A DNA stretch of 60,734 nucleotides. Origin: an uncultured Planctomycetales bacterium. Its GTDB lineage: Bacteria > Omnitrophota > Gorgyraeia > Zapsychrales > JAHFFX01. The translations under genes and the position numbers were made by a program. Positions 46,101-53,456 of this stretch are shown piece by piece; positions within the stretch are counted from its first letter, which is position 1; the number at the start of each line of letters is the position of its first letter. The stretch is from positions 70,940 to 131,673 of the forward strand of contig CAYXGG010000004.1 of assembly GCA_964464475.1 (NCBI GenBank). Reading direction: 5' to 3'. The notes under the pieces were generated by a model. The model was not told the origin of the DNA. It ran no database searches and saw only the letters and a list, made by a program, of their open reading frames with translations.

Positions 46101-47617
46101 CGTTCAAAGATACCCACCAAACCTCGTTTGGTATCTACGTGAACCGGCTTCAACAATCGAGCCGAAATCATCGGCGTTAAGGTCAACGCAACAAAAGCAG
46201 AAATGAGGACTGAGAATGAAAGCGCCACGGCAAATTCAATAAACAACCGGCCGGTGACGCTGGTTTGGAACGCCATCGGCAAGAAGACCGCGACCAGCGC
46301 GATCGTCGTCGCGATAACAGCAAAACCGATTTCTTTCATGCCTTGGTACGCCGCGGCCAGAGGTTGCATGCCTTCTTCCACGTGACGATAAATATTTTCC
46401 AAAACAATAATGGCGTCATCAACAACCAGCCCAATAGCTAAGACAAAAGCCAGCATGGTCACGATGTTGACCGAATAACCAAAAATATAAAGCACGCCAA
46501 AAGTGGCAATGATCGACACGGGGATGGTGATGGAAGGAATAAACGTTGAACGGACATTATGCAAGAACACATAAATAGTGAGAATAACCAACACAAAAGC
46601 GATCCCCAGCGTTTCCCAGACTTCAAGAATGGATTTCTCGACGTAAATAGACTCGTCATAAGGAACCGCCATATTGACGCCAGCCGGCAATAATGGTTTA
46701 AGACGTTCCATTTCTTTCTTTATACCGTTGGCCACGTCAATCGTGTTGGCTTTGGACTGCTTTACAATCCCGATCCCCACGCACGGCTTGGAATTAAATC
46801 TGGCCACGGCACGTTCATCTTCAACACCGACCGCCGCGAACCCTACATCCCGCAACCGCACAAAATTATCCTTCTCTTGGCGGAGGACTAAATCATTGAA
46901 TTCTTCCGGGGTCTTCATTTCACCAAGGGTCTCAATAGAAAGTTCTCGTTGCAAACTTTCCACCCGACCGCTTGGCAGTTCGACATTTTGATTCGCCAGG
47001 GCTCGCTCGACATCCTGAACCGTCACGCCACGCGCCGCCATCTTCTCTGAATCAAGCCACAGACGGATGGCAAAACGTTTGGCCCCGCCAAAAATGACTG
47101 AGCTCACTCCCGGAACAGTTTGCAATCGGTCTTTAAGGGTATTCTCGGCGAGTGTTGTTAACTCGAGGGTGGAATATTGATCGCTAAATAAGGCGATCCA
47201 CAGCGCGGGCTGCGCGTCGGCGTCCTGCTTGGCCACGATGGGTTCATCAATATTTTCAGGCAAGCGACCGCGCACACGCGCCACGCGATCTCGCACGTCC
47301 TGCGCCGCCAAATCAACACTGCGGGACAAATCAAACTCAATCGTAATCGAACTGACTTGTTCGCGACTCTCGCTGGTGAGTTGTTTGATGCCTTCAATCG
47401 AGTTGAGCGTCTCTTCTAGGGGTTCGGTGATTTGGGTCTCAATGACGGCGGCACTGGCCCCCGCGTAAACGGTAGTCACGTTCACAATCGGCGGATCCAC
47501 GTCGGGTAGTTCGCGTACTGGCAAACGGCTGATCCCGATGATCCCAAACAATACCAGCCCCAAACTCATCATCATCGCTAGGACCGGCCGTTGAATACTT
47601 AATTCTGAAAGCTTCAT
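43121..47617 (-). CDS. RND efflux permease fused in frame to an OprM/NodT-type outer-membrane factor (1498 aa)
   Basis: Residues 1 to about 1030 form a complete RND permease (MKLSELSIQRPVLAMMMSLGL..., GLVVDDAIIVLENI, ends ..VVIPVVYVLLSGKK). With no stop codon it continues into VKAAVLIVLMVLSSGCSRG, a lipoprotein signal with lipobox. A full two-repeat OMF of about 450 aa follows. An in-frame GTG at 44518 could start the OMF part separately. The Cys codon is at 44471-44473. Confidence 0.85.
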   Translation of the reverse strand: MKLSELSIQRPVLAMMMSLGLVLFGIIGISRLPVRELPDVDPPIVNVTTVYAGASAAVIETQITEPLEETLNSIEGIKQLTSESREQVSSITIEFDLSRSVDLAAQDVRDRVARVRGRLPENIDEPIVAKQDADAQPALWIALFSDQYSTLELTTLAENTLKDRLQTVPGVSSVIFGGAKRFAIRLWLDSEKMAARGVTVQDVERALANQNVELPSGRVESLQRELSIETLGEMKTPEEFNDLVLRQEKDNFVRLRDVGFAAVGVEDERAVARFNSKPCVGIGIVKQSKANTIDVANGIKKEMERLKPLLPAGVNMAVPYDESIYVEKSILEVWETLGIAFVLVILTIYVFLHNVRSTFIPSITIPVSIIATFGVLYIFGYSVNIVTMLAFVLAIGLVVDDAIIVLENIYRHVEEGMQPLAAAYQGMKEIGFAVIATTIALVAVFLPMAFQTSVTGRLFIEFAVALSFSVLISAFVALTLTPMISARLLKPVHVDTKRGLVGIFERAFTATTNLYEKVLRWALKFPWVIVVVALVICASSVFFYSKLSREFLPDEDKGRLFCIVIAPEGSTSEYTDRMVKKAEGIIASVPEVEGYFSAVALSRGGPGRSAEGLSFIRLKEERDRHIRDIIGGPTGLAGQFFMNIEGAIVIPIVPKAIGGGFSQPFQLVLQSQNLEELSRFAAEFSGKLRTSGYLANVRSTFELNKPELRVYIDRNRAAALGVSIESISHTLQILFGGLDLSKLNLQGKEYDVIVQLRRESRLTPADLDRLYVRNDQGQLIQLSNVVSYETGAGPSAINHFNRFRSATIEGTPIGVPLGTAVKNVEELLKKELPADFRYEWTGEAQDLLESGQETLFVLVLSMLVIYMVLAAQFESLVHPLTVMLTVPLAAFGAFFSLWLMNYFGVPAMGLNLFSQIGMILLIGLVTKNGILLVDFANQQMAKGKDAREAMLASGLIRLRPILMTATATIAGILPIAIGFGAGAESRRPLGVAAVGGMITSTFLTLVVIPVVYVLLSGKKNQPKVPVSPLIAEPVKAAVLIVLMVLSSGCSRGVPYQRPEAPMPAGWKVEDPNWKQAEPRDDVPRGQWWKVFRDPLLNELQQQAIEHNQNLKVAFASLNKSRALARLSRADFFPHVDAKPSYTREHTSQNVSSGFFVDNPHDKYSMPFDLSYELDVWGRVEHLFAAANSEVSASEAAFQTVLLSVTADVARNYFILRELETEMEIFDKALDLRRNALSLVEDRYQSGVVSELDVSRVQTELAKAEADKIDVARQRAEAENALAVLLGKPASDFTLEVKPLDIVPPVIPPGLPAFLLERRPDIAESERLMAAANARIGAAQAAFFPKITLTGAAGLESVELRDVANWESRFWSLGPNITIPVFNGGANRANLEAARAEHEVTTAQYRQRILVAFSEVENALARIRLGREQWLVQQKVMDAARQSADISNARYRQGLVNFLDVVDTERSRLQSELDSVRILNRSLISTVELIKALGGDWRE

Positions 47618-48726
47618 GACTTCCCTTCACCATTCCCCATGGTCGCTTCCTCCGGAGGTGAAACCGGAGCCGGTTCTCCTTCATAACGCACGGACACTTT
47701 CATCCCCGGGCCTAATTTCTGATGGCCTTCCACAATAACGATTTCTCCTTCCGAAAGGCCTTCCAAAATCTCCACCGTCCCAGCCATACGGATTCCCACT
47801 TTGACCAACTTATTGACCGTCGAATCGTCGGCATTGACCACATAAACCTGCACGTCGTCTCCTTTAGGAATCAACGCCGCTTCCGGAACCACAATGACAT
47901 CCTCTTTTTTATTCACGATTAATTTCAAATTGGCAAACATGCCATGGCGCAGCTTGCCTTCAGGATTAGCAACTTTGGCTTTAACGAGCGCGGTGCGAGA
48001 CAACTCATCAATTTTAGGATCAATAAAATAAACGTCGCCACCGAACTTCTCTCCGGGGTAAGCGGCCACTTCCATTTCAACAGTTTGCCCCACCGATACG
48101 GTATTCAAATATCGCTCCGGCACTCGAAAATTAGCTTTCATGGGATCCTGACTAACCAGAAAACTGATGCTGGTTCCTTTGGTAATAAATTGCCCCACAC
48201 TGACTTTACGTTCTCCCATGACCCCATCAAAGGGCGCGACAATCGTTGAGTCTTTCAACAAAGCTTTGTTCAGCTCTACGTCGGCGCGATTCACTTCCAA
48301 TGACGCGACGGCCTGATCATATTCCTGGCGGGAAACCGCACCACTCGCAATCAGGGGCTGATAACGCTCAGTCGTCGTCTCAGCAAAACGCAGGTTAGCT
48401 TGCGCCTGTTCTAAAGCGGCCTTTAATTTTCGCTGATCAATCAATAGAATCTCGGTTCCCTTCTTGACTTTCTGACCCTCGCTGAAATCAATCTTTTCAA
48501 CCGCGCCGTCAATCTCACTTTTGATTTCCACCATCTCGTTGGCTTCCAGAGTGCCCACCAAAGATATTTTTTCTGCGATAGGCTGTTTGATCGCTTTAAA
48601 GCCAACCACAGGAATTACCATTTGCGGAGGCGGCGGTGCAGCATCACTTTTTTGTTCACAACCGGAAACGCAAAAAAGAACCCAAGAAAACAGAATCAAA
48701 TTTAAACCTAGAACTTGAAAACGCAT
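47614..48726 (-). CDS. RND membrane-fusion (periplasmic adaptor) lipoprotein
   Basis: Signal with lipobox (LFCVSGC) from ATG 48726, with GAGGA 8 nt upstream. It has biotinyl-lipoyl-like and coiled-coil hairpin regions. ATGA overlap with the RND start. Confidence 0.9.
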   Translation of the reverse strand: MRFQVLGLNLILFSWVLFCVSGCEQKSDAAPPPPQMVIPVVGFKAIKQPIAEKISLVGTLEANEMVEIKSEIDGAVEKIDFSEGQKVKKGTEILLIDQRKLKAALEQAQANLRFAETTTERYQPLIASGAVSRQEYDQAVASLEVNRADVELNKALLKDSTIVAPFDGVMGERKVSVGQFITKGTSISFLVSQDPMKANFRVPERYLNTVSVGQTVEMEVAAYPGEKFGGDVYFIDPKIDELSRTALVKAKVANPEGKLRHGMFANLKLIVNKKEDVIVVPEAALIPKGDDVQVYVVNADDSTVNKLVKVGIRMAGTVEILEGLSEGEIVIVEGHQKLGPGMKVSVRYEGEPAPVSPPEEATMGNGEGKS

Positions 48727-48781
48727 AAGCTTATCCTCAGAGGGGTCAATTAGATGAACTACCAACTATTCAAACACCACG

Positions 48782-49222
48782 TTAAACCAAGTTAGCTACC
48801 ACCTGCCGCAAAACTTGCTTACATATCTCTAAATTTTTCTTAGCAATGCTGCGCTGAGACTCCAACAAAGTTTTTTGGACCAGGGCCAATAACGCCTGCT
48901 GTAAATCTTTGCCTTTATTCGTCAAATAAATCAATTTCTGACGGCCATCCGCGAGATCGGGCGTTCGAACGACCAAATTGCGTTTTTCCAACCCATCTAA
49001 CAAACGAGTGATACTGGTTTTATCTTTGCACGTGCATCCGGCCAGTTCTTTCTGGCTCTGGCCATTTTTCTGCCAAAGATTCATGAGTATCGCCCATTGC
49101 TCGCAGGTAACATTATGGCCGGCCTTTTCAAAATTCTGATTAAGCCTGTGCGCCAACGTGCGCCCGGCCCGACCCACAACATAACCTAACGTCTCTTCTA
49201 AAGAATTGGATTGAACTTTCAT
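48782..49222 (-). CDS. MarR-family transcriptional regulator
   Basis: 146 aa with a winged HTH (QWAILMNLWQKNGQSQKELAGCTCKDKTSITRLLDGLEKRNLVVR..D..D.R). Confidence 0.9.
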   Translation of the reverse strand: MKVQSNSLEETLGYVVGRAGRTLAHRLNQNFEKAGHNVTCEQWAILMNLWQKNGQSQKELAGCTCKDKTSITRLLDGLEKRNLVVRTPDLADGRQKLIYLTNKGKDLQQALLALVQKTLLESQRSIAKKNLEICKQVLRQVVANLV

Positions 49223-49223
49223 G

Positions 49224-49362
49224 AATTTATTGACCTTTCTACTACTAATGATGCACTTATGGAAGTGACCCCGCCTGCCCGTCTCGCTGATGGCGAGCCG
49301 AGGCGGACCGGCGAGGCAGGTACTGGCTACCTTACAAGTATCGGAAGAGAAAAGGCCAGTAG
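49224..49362 (-). repeat. modular intergenic repeat, copy B (core 49270..49321), ending 1 nt before the marR ATG
   Basis: Minus strand: tactggcc..gccagta hairpin, then the 52-nt core, then the R module ...gaaaggtcaataaattcATG. Confidence 0.85.
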
Positions 49363-49409
49363 TTGCATATGCAACTAGCGAAGTATAAAGCCAAAGCGTA
49401 AACTGTCAA
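49360..49409 (-). promoter_or_regulatory. sigma70-like promoter plus 18-bp perfect palindrome (candidate MarR operator)
   Basis: Minus strand: TTGACA (49409-49404), 16 nt, TATACT (49387-49382), then TAGTTGCATATGCAACTA (49377-49360) over the predicted transcription start. Confidence 0.45.
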
Positions 49410-49451
49410 GCTTGTTGAAGTGCCCAGCGGGAATAGGAAAACAAAGCGGCC

Positions 49452-50597
49452 TTAGGGCGAAGAGGGCGAATCGCTCAAGAAATTCCGTTGTCCATAATAC
49501 AGAGCGGTTCCCACCGCAAGCCCGAGCAGATAGCCATGCGGGAGCGTCAACACGATGAGTGCGACCAGCAAAGAGATTGCGAAATATCGTCGCTGACCGG
49601 CCTGATCGCGAACAAATAACAGCAACGTTAACGCCTCAAAAAGCAAAATCACGCCTAAAACCGGCTTGGGGAAAAATTCCAGGATTTGCCCAAAAACAGA
49701 ACTAAAAAATAATCCGATCAGAACATAAATTGACCCATAAATAACAACTGACCCTCCCGTGCGAGCGCCCAGCGCGTAATGTCCAGCCAACCCCCCACAT
49801 CCATGGCAAAGCGGAACTCCTTGAAAAAAAGGAACAACAAGATTTAATAGCGCATAGGTTAAGCCTATTCGAGAAATAGAAATCTTTCTTTCGGGAAAGA
49901 AATCCTGAACGGTTCTTTGCGTGGCGATGACCGAATTGGAAATGGACAACGGTAATTGCGGTAGACTTAAGATAAAGAATCCCGTCACAATATCCGAAAA
50001 CTTAGGGACCTGAAATTGGGGTAACGCAAAGCCAACCCCTTCCCAGACGGTGGCCGCGTTCACTCTAAAAATTAACGCGTAAACAACTCCCAGCCCAATC
50101 ACCAAGGCTCCGGGAGGCAAGCGACGGTTACCTAGCAACATCACCATTAGTACGAAACACAGAAAAGCCAAAACAAAACCGCTGCCTCCTAAACTAGGCA
50201 CATACTCTTTGAGAGCCAAAGACGCCAGCGATAACCCCAAGCCAAATTGGATCCCGCGAACAACACAAACCGGAATCGCCCGCGCTAACCAATTTAAAGC
50301 GCCCGTCATGCTTAAAACCAGCATCACAAGCCCAATCGCCAGTCCTCCCCCAAAGAGCACGGGAGCGGCGATTCCCTGAGTGATGACCAAGACCGCCATG
50401 GCTTTTAAAGGCTGTACCGGCATGGGCAGCCCGTATACAAGGCCGGTTAAAATCTGCATCAAGCCAAACATAACCATGACGCTGGTGACGTCAAGTTTTG
50501 CGGCCAGAATCATGCCCACTAAAAGTGGGAAATCCGTTCCAATATCCCCAAAGCTACCGGAGAGTTCGTTACGATTAAATTGTACGCGCTGTTTCAT
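49452..50597 (-). CDS. MOT1-type (sulfate/molybdate transporter-like) membrane protein
   Basis: NELSGSFGDIGTDFPLLVGMILA near the N-terminus and about 10-12 TM helices. The start is taken at ATG 50597; the track begins at TTG 50621. Confidence 0.6.
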   Translation of the reverse strand: MKQRVQFNRNELSGSFGDIGTDFPLLVGMILAAKLDVTSVMVMFGLMQILTGLVYGLPMPVQPLKAMAVLVITQGIAAPVLFGGGLAIGLVMLVLSMTGALNWLARAIPVCVVRGIQFGLGLSLASLALKEYVPSLGGSGFVLAFLCFVLMVMLLGNRRLPPGALVIGLGVVYALIFRVNAATVWEGVGFALPQFQVPKFSDIVTGFFILSLPQLPLSISNSVIATQRTVQDFFPERKISISRIGLTYALLNLVVPFFQGVPLCHGCGGLAGHYALGARTGGSVVIYGSIYVLIGLFFSSVFGQILEFFPKPVLGVILLFEALTLLLFVRDQAGQRRYFAISLLVALIVLTLPHGYLLGLAVGTALYYGQRNFLSDSPSSP

Positions 50598-50704
50598 ATT
50601 CAGTTCTTCAATCAGGTTCAAAACTTCTGTATCTTAAAGAGTCTTCTGCCGACGTCAATAATTATTTGGCCAGAACAGAACAATGACCCTTCTAACCTAC
50701 GAGG

Positions 50705-50822
50705 TTACTGGCCTTTTCTTTTTTAATTCTTGGAGTGAAGCCAGCCCGTCTCACCGATGGCGAGCCGAGGCGGACCGAGTGGACTTCATTACTTCGATCT
50801 TTATTAGTAGAAAAGTCAATAG
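50705..50822 (+). repeat. modular intergenic repeat, copy D (flanks in the A orientation, shortened core 50744..50777 in the opposite orientation)
   Basis: ttactggcctttt..ttcttggag.. | gcccgtctcaccgatggcgagccgaggcggaccg | ..gacttc..attagtagaaaagtcaata. The core has 2 mismatches over 34 nt compared with copies B and C, read on the plus strand. Confidence 0.75.
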
Positions 50823-50905
50823 AAGGGTGCTGGGAATAACACTTAAAGTTATTTTAGCAATGCCGAATGAGGATTAATTTTGCCCGCCTATGCTACAATA
50901 CGGTC

Positions 50906-51100
50906 ATGTCATTTCTAGAACATTCCGAGTTCTCGTGTCCATACTGCGGCGCTGGCAATTCGCTAGAAGTAGATTTCACCGGCGGGCGCCGGCAGAAATT
51001 CGTAGTGGATTGTGAAGCCTGCTGCAGCCCGATCGTCATCTTGCTTCACCTGGCTGGCCAGGAAATCATCGGCCTCGACGTTCGCCGAGAAAATGAATAA
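50906..51100 (+). CDS. CPXCG-motif cysteine-rich small protein
   Basis: MSFLEHSEFSCPYCGAGNSLEVDFTGGRRQKFVVDCEACCSPIVI.. (CPxCG ... DCxxCC). ATG 50906; the track ORF starts earlier. Confidence 0.7.
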   Translation: MSFLEHSEFSCPYCGAGNSLEVDFTGGRRQKFVVDCEACCSPIVILLHLAGQEIIGLDVRRENE

Positions 51101-51152
51101 ATTCTTCCCGTGATCGTGGAAAATGGCTCTAAGCAAAAGTCACCGGGGTTAC

Positions 51153-51359
51153 CTAAGGTGATGAGGGCTTAGATAATTTCTGAGATTTCAGGCCTCGCTC
51201 GCACGCGCTGCAGCAGTTCTTACGATACCCTTTGAATCGTCCCGGCCGAGAATCCGGCCCAAAATTAATCAACTCTTTCCATTCGCCACACTCCGTGCAC
51301 ACCTTACCGCTAATCCCACCTCGTCTCGTGACTGTCATGTTGGTGCCTTTCTTCCGCAT
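51153..51359 (-). CDS. small basic CxxC...CxxC protein, hypothetical
   Basis: VCTECGEWKELINF......RKNCCSACERG. I recognise no family. Confidence 0.35.
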   Translation of the reverse strand: MRKKGTNMTVTRRGGISGKVCTECGEWKELINFGPDSRPGRFKGYRKNCCSACERGLKSQKLSKPSSP

Positions 51360-51392
51360 TCAGTGATGGCAACACAGTAACATAGAATCGAA

Positions 51393-51428
51393 GAAAAAAG
51401 AAGGACAGTCAGCTGAACTGTCCTTCTT
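51393..51428 (-). terminator. intrinsic terminator after the 73-aa gene
   Basis: agaaggacagt-cagctga-actgtccttct, followed on the minus strand by TTTTTT. Confidence 0.65.
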
Positions 51429-51483
51429 TAGGTGCCTGGATGAGGCCTCACCATGGGTACTCTCCTTCATCATTGGTTTAGCC

Positions 51484-51705
51484 TCACTTGGCTCGACGAT
51501 TGGGTTTGAGCGTCGCGGCAATCAACTCGCTGATCTCGGCAGGCTTGACCCCGAACTCCTTCGCGCGCGCGATGAGTTCCGGGCACTGCTCATAATCCTC
51601 CTTAAGAATCGCTTCACTAAGATACAGTAAAGCGGTTTCTTTGAGGACTTCCTCAGCCGTCACCGTAACTTTCGGACGATTTTTCAAGACCACATTGTTA
51701 CGCAT
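51484..51705 (-). CDS. hypothetical 73-aa protein
   Basis: MRNNVVLKNRPKVTVTAEEVLKETALLYLSEAILKEDYEQCPELIARAKEFGV... GGAGGTG lies 6 nt 5' of ATG 51705; the track ORF starts 9 codons earlier. Confidence 0.5.
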   Translation of the reverse strand: MRNNVVLKNRPKVTVTAEEVLKETALLYLSEAILKEDYEQCPELIARAKEFGVKPAEISELIAATLKPNRRAK

Positions 51706-51825
51706 GTTCTTCACCTCCTTTCTTTTTTCCACCAGGGAACGTGTATCTCAAATATCCTACTTCGCTCCAATGTTTTCACGTTGGAGCTACGCAGGATTAT
51801 TCGCTTACTGGTAACAGCAGCGAAT

Positions 51826-51990
51826 AAAAAAACCACCGACTCTTTGGGAGAATCGGTGGTTTTGAAAAGCTAACTTAAAAATAATTAATTAACGAATCAA
51901 AACACACCGCCTCCGGCGCACATTCTCCAAATAGGGGAATGCGTAAGGCCGAAAAATACGTAGTGTTTACGATTCGTTAGTTGTTGCATA
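51826..51990 (-). ncRNA. candidate structured RNA of about 165 nt (sRNA or cis-regulatory leader), class not recognised
   Basis: Minus strand: TTGACT (52026-52021), 17 nt, TATTCT (52003-51998). A long closing stem follows (51979-51963 with 51905-51889; 9+6 bp around a small internal loop) enclosing about 57 nt with short hairpins. It ends in an intrinsic terminator (ccaccga/tcggtgg stem 51833-51859 plus T7 at 51832-51826). Confidence 0.3.
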
Positions 51991-52139
51991 GGGTCAAAGA
52001 ATAGCACTGCCTGGCATGAAAGTCAATGCGCGCGAATGTCTCCTGAAAGAATTACCGTAATCCAAACGACCAGCAACCTGTCCCGGTTGGTCAGGACAAT
52101 GAGCAGAGCGTTCAGGATCACAAGAACTCTTATGTACCG

Positions 52140-52796
52140 TTACTTCGCCGCCCCCAGCATCTGATTAATAAATCCCGTGTACGTTTCAGGAAATAATTTG
52201 CGATAAAAAGACTGTGTTTGTAGCGCAGTCCGCCACTGAGAAACCTTAGGGTAAGCCGTGAGATCAAACCCCACCACTTCCGACGGATCAAGGATGGCTA
52301 ACAAATTGAGATCAGCCAACGTCATTTCATTGCCGCATAGATAAGCCGCTTTTCCCAACTGACCATCCAAAAGCTTCAAATAATTACCCAAAAACTGCCG
52401 ACCTTCGGTGAGTGATCTTTCGTCAATAGGCGCGTTGACCATTTTATAAACAATCGTGTTAAAGAAAACCTTGTTCATGCCCCCGGCCCCAACGTGAATG
52501 GAACCAAAATCCATCCATTGATTTACTAAAGAGTGTTTCTCAATGTCTTTCGGATACAAGGGAGAATTATTTTTTTCGGCAAGATACCGCATGATGGCGT
52601 TACTTTCAATCATCACAAAACTCCCCTCACTTAAAGCCGGCACGCGTCCGATAGGGTTGACTTTTAAGAACTCTTCTTTACGCTGCTCTCCCGCCGCGAG
52701 ATTAATAGATACAAATTCATAATTCAGGTTCATCGCGTTGGCTGCGTAGCGGACTTTATTGCTATTAGGGGAAAAATCATTACCGTATAGTTTCAT
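52140..52796 (-). CDS. glutathione S-transferase
   Basis: 218 aa. The N-terminal thioredoxin-like domain includes G.VPAL.......ESNAI..YL. The C-terminal domain is helical. Confidence 0.85.
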   Translation of the reverse strand: MKLYGNDFSPNSNKVRYAANAMNLNYEFVSINLAAGEQRKEEFLKVNPIGRVPALSEGSFVMIESNAIMRYLAEKNNSPLYPKDIEKHSLVNQWMDFGSIHVGAGGMNKVFFNTIVYKMVNAPIDERSLTEGRQFLGNYLKLLDGQLGKAAYLCGNEMTLADLNLLAILDPSEVVGFDLTAYPKVSQWRTALQTQSFYRKLFPETYTGFINQMLGAAK

Positions 52797-52827
52797 AAAT
52801 TTCTCCTTCGATCACCCTTGGTTATTC

Positions 52828-52889
52828 AAATACTTGCACTTTGCAAGTTGCGAATAGCCTAACAGAGCTACTTTCAATTTGCAAGTATT
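52828..52889. promoter_or_regulatory. operator-like repeats in the divergent GST / HxlR intergenic region
   Basis: ACTTGCA-ctt-TGCAAGT palindrome at 52832-52848. A third half-site TGCAAGTATT at 52880-52889 is the inverted match of AATACTTGCA at 52829-52838. Confidence 0.35.
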
Positions 52890-52913
52890 AATTCTTTAAG
52901 CTAGACTACCCAC

Positions 52914-53294
52914 ATGAAAAAAAACTCCACCTGCTCCAAAATCAAAAGTGACCTCCCCCGCTCGCCGTGTCCGATTACCAGCACCCTCGACATCATCGGC
53001 GATAAGTGGACCCTGATCATCGTCCGTGACATGCTGTTTCTAAACAAACGCTTCTTTAATGAATTTCTGGAATCGCCCGAAGGAATCGCGACCAACATCC
53101 TCACCGAACGGCTGAGTCGCCTGGAGGCCTATGGCCTCATTGTGAAGCAGCCCCTAACCCCCTCTTCCACCCGTCAAGCCTATGCCCTGACTACCCGCGG
53201 ACAAGATTTAAAGAAAATTTTGATCGAGCTAATCGCGTGGGGCAACACGCACATTGAAGGCACCGTTGTTCCAGGGAAGGAAAACAAAACCTGA
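52914..53294 (+). CDS. HxlR-family (MarR-like) transcriptional regulator
   Basis: CPITSTLDIIGDKWTLIIVRDML.....F.EF......I.TNILT.RL..LE..G. Confidence 0.9.
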   Translation: MKKNSTCSKIKSDLPRSPCPITSTLDIIGDKWTLIIVRDMLFLNKRFFNEFLESPEGIATNILTERLSRLEAYGLIVKQPLTPSSTRQAYALTTRGQDLKKILIELIAWGNTHIEGTVVPGKENKT

Positions 53295-53456
53295 AGACTT
53301 TTGAAAAAATTTCCATTAGACACATGCGCGTCCACGATGACGATAAAAGTAATTTTGTGCTGTAGGCAACCAACTCTTCGCGCCAGCGAGTATAAAATTC
53401 AATCTTCATTTTTATCACCTACTGAGTATTTCTTTCGCTTCCAGTAACAGAAAAAA

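Noticed and set aside
53191-53418. 75-aa ORF as the missing C-terminal part of the fasciclin gene (frameshift)
   Set aside because: Its translation, and those of the other two frames, show no FAS1 C-terminal motif. It also overlaps the 3' end of the convergent HxlR gene.
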